Source: an uncultured bacterium (GTDB lineage Bacteria > Oederibacteriota > JAAXVQ01 > JAUVAV01). From it: 64,000 nucleotides of DNA. A program made the position numbers and the translations under genes. The notes below the pieces were generated by a model, which was not told the DNA's origin, searched no databases, and saw only the letters and a program-made list of their open reading frames with translations. Position 1 is the first letter of the stretch. The number at the start of each line of letters is the position of its first letter. Shown here in pieces: positions 57,127 through 64,000 of this stretch. The DNA lies in contig CAVQBK010000006.1 of NCBI GenBank assembly GCA_963710755.1, forward strand, positions 1-64,000, read 5' to 3'.

Positions 57127-57501
57127 TTACAGTTTATGTTTTAAAACCGGAAGATCAAAAGTGCCTCTTTTCATTTCCACCGATTTTTTTCTTTTTGCTT
57201 TAAGCCGTTGCGCAACCAAATGGTGTGCCACCCAGGGATCAACTTCATCGCCGCAAGTAAAAAAGTCCAATGCCGCATAGCCGTATTCCGGCCATGTATG
57301 TATCGTCAAATGAGATTCAGCAATGACCACGACGCCACTGACCCCGTACGGATTGAAATGATGAAAAACCGATTTTACGATTGTGGCCCTAGCTGCCAAG
57401 GCAGCTTCTTCCATAATTTTTTGGATCTCAACAGGATCCTTCAATAATTCGCTGTCGCATTCGTGAAGCTCCAGCAGGATATGGCGACCCAGAGCTTTCA
57501 A
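57127..57501 (-). CDS. speD: S-adenosylmethionine decarboxylase proenzyme
   Basis: LGRH, GVSGVVVIAESHLTIHTWPE (ES self-cleavage site) and DFFTCG; TTG start after a GGAGGTG RBS. Confidence 0.95.
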   Translation of the reverse strand: MKALGRHILLELHECDSELLKDPVEIQKIMEEAALAARATIVKSVFHHFNPYGVSGVVVIAESHLTIHTWPEYGYAALDFFTCGDEVDPWVAHHLVAQRLKAKRKKSVEMKRGTFDLPVLKHKL

Positions 57502-57730
57502 CCTAATCTCACCTCCCTTAAGTTTTAAAAAACGAGGCCTTAAAATATAAAATTTTAATTCAACTGTCAATAAAATTTTATTTACCGGTCCCACCATAGC
57601 GATAGTGGCGTGCCAGCCAGAATGGCTTCGTTAAAGAACCGTAGGGAGAAGAGCGTTTATACCTGATTCGCCATTCGGCGGCTTTTCAGCAATGGTCCGG
57701 GCTGAAATGCGGAGAAATGGCAAAAATATA

Positions 57731-58252
57731 TTAAAAATAGATCCTGCCGCCGATGGACAAAGACATGCTGAACTCCAACACCGGCGCCACAAAAAACTTG
57801 GGGGCCAATTCAAAAAAGATGTCAAAAGGGTCTTCGAATAAATAGGTAATGCCAAAAACCGCACGGGCTCCCGTAGAAAAGGTTGAACTAGAGCCCCCCA
57901 AAAATAATCCCCCGCCCACATAAACCGGCGCTTCCGGCGCTTCTTGAAAAGGCCTGAGATGAAAGAGATAATCGGCATTGATCCCAATACCACCCGATCC
58001 CAATTGGGACCCCACGGAAAAATCAAAAGCCCGGTCATAACTTTGCCAATATTTAAGGGTAAGCCCAGATGGATCTCCCAGGATCAAGCCCACTCCCCAC
58101 TTATCCGTGCGGTCAATAGGGTTATAAGAAGCTGTAGGATTAACCACCACCTTGCTTCTGCGGGTGGTTTTGCTGAAGACCGGTTCCGGTATAAGCGTCA
58201 ACAGCGGAAGCAAGAGTACCGTCAGGGTTAAGATAAGCGTTTTCTTCATCAA
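57731..58252 (-). CDS. Small outer-membrane beta-barrel protein
   Basis: Signal peptide; GVGLILGDPSGLTLKYW, ADYLFH, DIFFELAP and terminal GGRIYF. Confidence 0.7.
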   Translation of the reverse strand: MMKKTLILTLTVLLLPLLTLIPEPVFSKTTRRSKVVVNPTASYNPIDRTDKWGVGLILGDPSGLTLKYWQSYDRAFDFSVGSQLGSGGIGINADYLFHLRPFQEAPEAPVYVGGGLFLGGSSSTFSTGARAVFGITYLFEDPFDIFFELAPKFFVAPVLEFSMSLSIGGRIYF

Positions 58253-58351
58253 GTTTGGTCCTTTTAACTAATTGGTCGTCAAGAAACGCAACTTATTAGG
58301 GCAAACTTCAACTGTCGAATGACCGGAGAGGTCTGCAAATCTGATTTTTTT

Positions 58352-58426
<75 letters not shown>

Positions 58427-58891
58427 TTAAGGGTTAACACTGGGCGTAGTTTGCAGACTGGGCGTAGGCGCCGGAGGTGCGAGGATTGGAATCCCCGAGG
58501 CCAGCATGCCCGCACGAATGGCTGCAATTTCATTGCGGTCTAAGCGGCCATCTTTTAATCCCGTTTGAAACAAGCTGAAGACTTGAGCCACCTTGCCCAT
58601 GCTTTCCTTGGTTCTGCCTGCTTGAGCCACATAGGCTTTGATGGATTTTAAATAATTGCTCATCTCGTAATATTGGGCGTCCGTCAGGGTCCGTTCCACG
58701 TCCAATTTTTTTTGCATATTGTTGACGCTTACATCCACACCATATTGATAGACCGTGTTAATCCGCAGCATCACGACTAAGGCAATCACCAGGGCCGCAA
58801 ACACCAACACGCCACAGCCCACCCCGGTTGCTCTCAGACAGCCTTGCTTGTCACTCAATGGTTTGGGGATGTTGGCCACCGGTTTATTCAT
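58427..58891 (-). CDS. Hypothetical single-TM protein
   Basis: GCL...GCG followed by a hydrophobic helix and a Pro/Thr-rich tail; AAGGA RBS; co-oriented with neighbours. Confidence 0.7.
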   Translation of the reverse strand: MNKPVANIPKPLSDKQGCLRATGVGCGVLVFAALVIALVVMLRINTVYQYGVDVSVNNMQKKLDVERTLTDAQYYEMSNYLKSIKAYVAQAGRTKESMGKVAQVFSLFQTGLKDGRLDRNEIAAIRAGMLASGIPILAPPAPTPSLQTTPSVNP

Positions 58892-58906
58892 CTCGTCCTT
58901 TCATTT

Positions 58907-58929
58907 AAAAACCATACCCGCAGGTATGG
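58907..58929 (-). terminator. Short terminator-like hairpin after the GerMN gene
   Basis: CCATACC-CGCA-GGTATGG stem-loop followed by T5 on the minus strand. Confidence 0.4.
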
Positions 58930-58949
58930 CTTAGTGTGTTTAACATCTT

Positions 58950-59513
58950 TTATAAATCTTCCTGAGTGAACGGCCGGGTGATATCCACATGCCCAATCAG
59001 GGTATCGGTTTCCTGCCCCCCCACCAATAACCTTACTGATTTCACTTCCGGTCTATATTCCATCAAGGTTTTAACAATAGATTTAACCAGTAAAAATTCT
59101 TCAAAGGCACCGATGCGGTGATTATACTGAACCTGTTTCTCAAAGTCAAGAATGACGCTACCGTTTTTTTGTTGGTAGACACTGCGCACGACCAGGCTTT
59201 CCGGCCACCAGGACCATTCCTTCTTAGTTAAGGCCGCACGGTTCATTTTCGCGACCAGGTCCGGCAGCGCCTCCTGCAAGGGCATATCTTTGATTAAACG
59301 GATGTCTTTAGTGGCATAACCGCCACCCGCTACATCTTCGGCAAAATAAACTTTTACGTTAATGGAGGGATTTGCGGATTGAAGTACATCTTCCCCGCCA
59401 TTGGGATTGAGGAGAAAATGCCAAGCCAAAAATCCTAAACCCAACAGCAGCAGCAGACTGATCAAACTCAAAAGCATCGGATTAGCAGTTGTCTTATCAC
59501 CCATTGGCTTCAT
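58950..59513 (-). CDS. GerMN-domain protein
   Basis: TM anchor, VKVYFA, ILDF, EEFLLVKSIVKTL and VRLLVGGQETDTLIGHVDI; next to an amidase gene. Confidence 0.85.
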   Translation of the reverse strand: MKPMGDKTTANPMLLSLISLLLLLGLGFLAWHFLLNPNGGEDVLQSANPSINVKVYFAEDVAGGGYATKDIRLIKDMPLQEALPDLVAKMNRAALTKKEWSWWPESLVVRSVYQQKNGSVILDFEKQVQYNHRIGAFEEFLLVKSIVKTLMEYRPEVKSVRLLVGGQETDTLIGHVDITRPFTQEDL

Positions 59514-59620
59514 TCCACCTTAATAGATCCTCGCGAATCTCCCGTAGTTCAATGCGGGGATAAAGCGACCACAAACGCAACGATCTTCTTCCTTGCGTAT
59601 TAAGATACCCTGCAATTTTT

Positions 59621-60406
59621 TTAATATAAAAACCCCATGATCCCGGAAGCAAGTTTCTCACCCACCTGATCAAGCGCTTGGTCCCTTTTTTGGGGATCAA
59701 AAAATCCGGCTGAAACATTGAGTTCAACGAGCACAGCCGGCGCATGGATACCGTCAAGGACAGCCAACGGCAGTGTATAAAATCCGCCTTCCTGGTTATC
59801 GTCACGGCGGCCCCATTGGGTTAATAACCTCTCTGCCAATATACGGCTCTTTTTAAGCATGCCATTTTGTGCCAAAGCCCAGGGTAAAGCCCGCACGCCC
59901 TGGGTTAAATTCTCGTCCACGGCGTGGGATAGCAAAGCGTCTTTGAGGTAACGGTTGACATAGACCACAACGGCATTCTTGGTATGGGCTTTGAGGCTAT
60001 TGCCCATACAGTGCAGGCTCACAAACACATCCGCCTTCTTGCGGTTGCCTACCATGGTGCGTTCCAGATTATCATGATATTTATCATTATCCCTGGTCAG
60101 CACCACCACGATATCCTTATCCCGGCCCAGTGCCTTTTTAACGGCCAGAGCCAAGCTCAAATCTAGGTCCTTTTCCATCAAGCCTGGGGCAAGGCTAATC
60201 CCATGATCCTGGCCGCCATGACCGGGATCGAGAACCACCACTTTTTTTGACCTTACCACCAAAGCTTCGTCATCGTTGGCAGGGGCCGTCGACAAGGCGG
60301 TACCATCATCCTGCATAGCCCTTGCCAAATGGCCGGTCCATGCCAAGCTGCCAAACAGCAGCACCAAAAGTAAACTCAGGGATTTGTTAAAAGCAAGGCA
60401 CTTCAT
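59621..60406 (-). CDS. N-acetylmuramoyl-L-alanine amidase (Amidase_3)
   Basis: VVLDPGHGG, EKDL, LTRD, FVSLH and PAVLVE; signal peptide. Confidence 0.9.
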   Translation of the reverse strand: MKCLAFNKSLSLLLVLLFGSLAWTGHLARAMQDDGTALSTAPANDDEALVVRSKKVVVLDPGHGGQDHGISLAPGLMEKDLDLSLALAVKKALGRDKDIVVVLTRDNDKYHDNLERTMVGNRKKADVFVSLHCMGNSLKAHTKNAVVVYVNRYLKDALLSHAVDENLTQGVRALPWALAQNGMLKKSRILAERLLTQWGRRDDNQEGGFYTLPLAVLDGIHAPAVLVELNVSAGFFDPQKRDQALDQVGEKLASGIMGFLY

Positions 60407-60548
60407 GTATTAATCCTCAACAATTGTGTCAGACCGGATTCGTGATCTTTCGCCTTTTATCATGGCCCCCTAGGCCGTAAAAAGAAGCGGCCTGCGAAGA
60501 ACCCAACCTGTTAGGTCTCCGGGAAACAAACCATCAATTTCTCTTTCT

Positions 60549-61589
60549 TTATTTCCCGGACACATGGCCCGGTTGTTCAACCTCGCCAACATCGCTGTCA
60601 GACGCCTGCGTTGGTGGCGGTGTGGGCATGACCGTTTCATACTGTCCGATGGAACGGAATTTTTGATACCGTTGTTCCAACAGAGCGTCCTCGTCCATGG
60701 CCTCCAGTTCCGCCAAATGCCGTTTGATAGCAGCTTTGACCTTTTCCAAGGTCGCTTGGCGATCACGGTGAGCCCCACCAAAAGGTTCCTCAATAATGTC
60801 ATCAATCACTTTCAGCTCGATCAAATCTCGTGCTGTTATTTTTAGAATTTCAGAAGCCTTAGGAGCCTCAGCACGATCTTTCCATAATATGGCTGCACAG
60901 CCTTCGGGCGTGATCACGGTATAGGAAGCGTGCGACAACATCAAGACGCGATTACCCACGCCAATGCCCAAGGCTCCACCACTGCCGCCTTCACCAATGA
61001 TGACCACAATGACCGGCACCGTAAGCTGCGACATTTCCCGTAAATTACGGGCAATGGCTTCCGCCACTCCCCTTTCCTCGCCTTCCAGACCGGGAAAAGC
61101 GCCGGCCGTGTCCACAAAGGTAATGATGGGCATACTGAATTTTTCGGCAAATTTCATAAGCCGCAGGGCTTTACGGTAGCCTTCCGGCAGGGGCAGTCCA
61201 AAATTATGAACAAGGTTTTCCTTAGTGTCCTTCCCTTTTTGAGTGCCTACCACCATGACCGGCCGTCCGTCCAGCCAGGCTACCCCTCCCACCATGGCGC
61301 GGTCGTCAATGAAGGCGCGGTCTCCGTGCATTTCCAAAAAATCCTCAAAACAACCATGGATATAGTCCAGGGTATGCGGACGCAGCGGATGGCGACTGAT
61401 TTGAATGATTTGCCAGGGCGTAAGGTTGGTATAAATTTCCTGTCTCAAGCTCTCTGCTTTTTGCTCCAATTGCTCAATCTCTTCACTCATGTTCATGGAT
61501 TTACCATGGGTGAAATGCTTTAATTCATCGATCTTTTTTTCCAGTTCAACCAAAGATCTTTCAAATTCAAGACTTATTTCTTGTGCCAT
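60549..61589 (-). CDS. accA: Acetyl-CoA carboxylase carboxyltransferase alpha subunit
   Basis: LEFE, RHPLRP, MHGDR, PEGYRKALR, GEGGSGGAL and EPFGGAHRD. Confidence 0.97.
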   Translation of the reverse strand: MAQEISLEFERSLVELEKKIDELKHFTHGKSMNMSEEIEQLEQKAESLRQEIYTNLTPWQIIQISRHPLRPHTLDYIHGCFEDFLEMHGDRAFIDDRAMVGGVAWLDGRPVMVVGTQKGKDTKENLVHNFGLPLPEGYRKALRLMKFAEKFSMPIITFVDTAGAFPGLEGEERGVAEAIARNLREMSQLTVPVIVVIIGEGGSGGALGIGVGNRVLMLSHASYTVITPEGCAAILWKDRAEAPKASEILKITARDLIELKVIDDIIEEPFGGAHRDRQATLEKVKAAIKRHLAELEAMDEDALLEQRYQKFRSIGQYETVMPTPPPTQASDSDVGEVEQPGHVSGK

Positions 61590-61736
61590 TATCCACTCCT
61601 CAAAAATCCTTTATCAACGTACTGATGCCCCACCCCAAGCCGGCACAGCGGCCAGCCTTGTTTTTTGGCAGTGACCAAACAGAGTCATTAAACAAAGATT
61701 ATACCTTCTTGGGCGGGTCTCGGGCAAGTGTTTATA

Positions 61737-63998
61737 TCAAGGACCTACTTTGGGTAGCACGATGGTAATCTCCACCCGCCGGTTATGGGTCCGTGCCAAA
61801 GGACTATTATTATTGGTCAGGGGCTGGCTCTTACCATAGCCTTTCATGACAATCACGGAAGATGGAATCCCTTCCTCTTCCACCAGGTAGCGCATAACCA
61901 TCTGGGCCCGTTTTTGCGACAATTCCAGGTTAAATCGGTCCGACCCCACATCATCCGTATGACCTTCAATGTGTAGTTTAACCTTATTTTCACCGTACGC
62001 CTTCACAATATCGGCGGTTTTGCGCAATTTCTCGTGCATTTCACTTTTCAATTCAGCTTTATTGAAATCAAAGAGAATTTGTTCAATTTTAATGGTAGTG
62101 CCATCCTTGCCCCTGTCCAGCACTTTGACATCGGTCTCCCGCAAGGGCTCTGCCTGCCGCCAGATGTTGCCCAGGGCGTCCTGGAGTCGCAGCACATAAC
62201 TATAGGTCTTGGTACTGGGTACAACCCGGCCTTGATTGTCGCGGGCATCCCACATAATTTGTTCCGGCAAAGGCCCCTCCCCATGGAGATTGCGCACCAC
62301 TTGTCCTGTATCACTTTCGATAATGTCCAAAGCCCAGCTTTTAATGGGAGAGGCTGACGAGAACTGAAATCTAAACGGCACTTCTTCCGGCAGCGGTAGC
62401 TCCGCACTGGTTTTGGCTTTGCTGCCTGCATTGACCACAACAATGGGCGCTACACTCTTAATTTCATTATTATGCTCATCCGTTAACTGCAGAATAAATT
62501 GATAACCTTTCTTCAGCGCCACCTGACGGTTCTGCTCATCTTTGCCGTCCCAGGCAAAGTCCTTGGGAATAATCCCCTTGCCTTGATATTTTTTCAAGAC
62601 ACGACCGTCATCGCTGACAATGGTGATCGTCCAGGTCTTGATCTTGCGTTTATCACTGGTACTAAAACTCACTTGTCCGGCAAAAATATCCCGGGGCAGG
62701 GCTTTAAGCTTGGGCAATTTGGTGATGGAGACCGGAAGAATTTCACCTCTTTGTTCGGCGGTATAGCCCAGCTTATCAATAATTTCAAAAGTATAACGGT
62801 AAAATTCCTCCACATTGGTTTGCTTGCCCGCGCTGTCCAAACCGTCCCAGACCACTTCCAAGGGCAGTTTATTTTCTCCCTCATAACGACGTACAACCTT
62901 GCCTTGCCGGTCGGCAATGGTGACCTGCCATTTTTTGAGTCCGGCCGCTACTTGTGTTTTTGGGATCAAATGAATTTCCTGGCCGGGCACACCGCCGGGA
63001 TTGACAAATTGCTTCGTGACCAGGGTGACCTCAAGCTTGGGGCGGGCAACACGGCGTTGGCTTCCGAAATTATATTTCAAGGAGACCTGATGCGTCATAC
63101 CGAGTGTGCCCAACGGAGACACCGCATAATCAAGCATGACGTTCTGCCATTTAAATCCCAGTCCCAGAACCAGCCAATTGCCGCTGTCGGCTTGGCTCTG
63201 CCAGCCCGTGCGGATAAACAAATCATTCCAAACTTTGCCTTCCACGGCCAGGGCCAGGTGCACCTGGTCTGCAAAGGGTTGTGTAAGCTGGGTTAAGAAA
63301 GTAAGACTGTTGGGATCATCGGGCCAAAATTGATAGGCTGCCCCCAATCGGACTTGCATGGGCGGTAAATCCGCTTTTTGAACGAAAGGCGTGGCAAACC
63401 CGAGGTTGCTCAAGACCAGACCCAAGGTGAGATGATCATTGAGCATATAGTACTGAGCGCCCAAATCCATGGTCAAGGCAAAGGCTTGCTGCGCGTCCAG
63501 GTCTTGCCAGGCTAAATTGATTTTCCCACCCACCGCCAGTGACCGTATAAGTTTATAGGCATAGGCGCCTCCCAAACGCAGCATCCAGGCTTGGCTGTTT
63601 TCCAACTCAGGATTGTCCGTACTGTTAAAAGGCTCGACCCGTAAAAAATTGAGGGTGGCCCCCGCACTGGCCTTTGGTCCCAGCGGTTGAATCCCCCACA
63701 ACGCTTGATAGGAGACACCTTCCCACCAGGCAAGATGACTAAGCCCTATTTGCGGGTTGATCAAGGTCACCAGCCCGGACGGATTGGCAAACAACAACTC
63801 CGAATCCTGAGTCATAGCCACAGCCGCATCCCCAAGCCCGGCCATGCGCGCCCCGGGAAGCATGGTTTCAAAATCATTGCTCGTACCGGCACCGCCCCAG
63901 CTCAGGCGGGGCAGGATAAAAACTGCCAGGGCCAAAACCATCATCACGGCCAAAGGGCCAAGCCACAGGGTGGTGGGCCTTGCTTTTAGCCCGGCCAT
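61737..63998 (-). CDS. PorV/PorQ-like beta-barrel fused to three FlgD-Ig-like domains and an OmpA-type domain (5' end at the window edge)
   Basis: GARMAGLGDA...ANPSGL, barrel ending HQVSLKYNF, three WD(G/A) modules, then ILFDFNKAEL...IEGHTD...LSQKRA...NRRVEI. Confidence 0.82.
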   Translation of the reverse strand: MAGLKARPTTLWLGPLAVMMVLALAVFILPRLSWGGAGTSNDFETMLPGARMAGLGDAAVAMTQDSELLFANPSGLVTLINPQIGLSHLAWWEGVSYQALWGIQPLGPKASAGATLNFLRVEPFNSTDNPELENSQAWMLRLGGAYAYKLIRSLAVGGKINLAWQDLDAQQAFALTMDLGAQYYMLNDHLTLGLVLSNLGFATPFVQKADLPPMQVRLGAAYQFWPDDPNSLTFLTQLTQPFADQVHLALAVEGKVWNDLFIRTGWQSQADSGNWLVLGLGFKWQNVMLDYAVSPLGTLGMTHQVSLKYNFGSQRRVARPKLEVTLVTKQFVNPGGVPGQEIHLIPKTQVAAGLKKWQVTIADRQGKVVRRYEGENKLPLEVVWDGLDSAGKQTNVEEFYRYTFEIIDKLGYTAEQRGEILPVSITKLPKLKALPRDIFAGQVSFSTSDKRKIKTWTITIVSDDGRVLKKYQGKGIIPKDFAWDGKDEQNRQVALKKGYQFILQLTDEHNNEIKSVAPIVVVNAGSKAKTSAELPLPEEVPFRFQFSSASPIKSWALDIIESDTGQVVRNLHGEGPLPEQIMWDARDNQGRVVPSTKTYSYVLRLQDALGNIWRQAEPLRETDVKVLDRGKDGTTIKIEQILFDFNKAELKSEMHEKLRKTADIVKAYGENKVKLHIEGHTDDVGSDRFNLELSQKRAQMVMRYLVEEEGIPSSVIVMKGYGKSQPLTNNNSPLARTHNRRVEITIVLPKVGP

Positions 63999-64000
63999 TA

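Overview
This window looks like chromosomal DNA from an anaerobic diderm bacterium. The lineage is inferred, not determined: it resembles uncultured groups that carry PorV-like barrels and giant exported proteins. The right half (32.5-64 kb) is mostly housekeeping: ychF, pnp-rpsO, yceD-rpmF-plsX-fabH-fabD-fabG-acpP-fabF-rnc running into an acyl-CoA dehydrogenase/EtfBA trio, secG-tpiA-pgk-gap, corA, dksA, a speD-speE-decarboxylase operon, tRNA-Gly(CCC), a GerMN protein, an amidase and accA. The left half is accessory and holds three notable items. (1) A co-oriented run of a LolA-fold protein, a giant exported protein, a lipoprotein/beta-barrel fusion and an orphan secretin. The giant gene is split into ORFs of 2295 and 1274 aa by what appears to be one missing T at ~9456; an internal repeat reads straight through the break, giving ~3588 aa if restored. 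(2) A tusA-mvhD-hdrA-hdrA-wHTH-qmoC-like-dsrE2 sulfur/electron-transfer cluster with no hdrB or aprAB in the window. (3) A T9SS-like pair: a secreted beta-helix protein with a CTD/FlgD-like tail beside a PorV-like barrel fused to FlgD-Ig and OmpA domains, with a second such fusion at the right edge. No CRISPR array, rRNA, integrase or transposase was recognised. All family assignments come from motif recognition by eye and need profile or structure searches.
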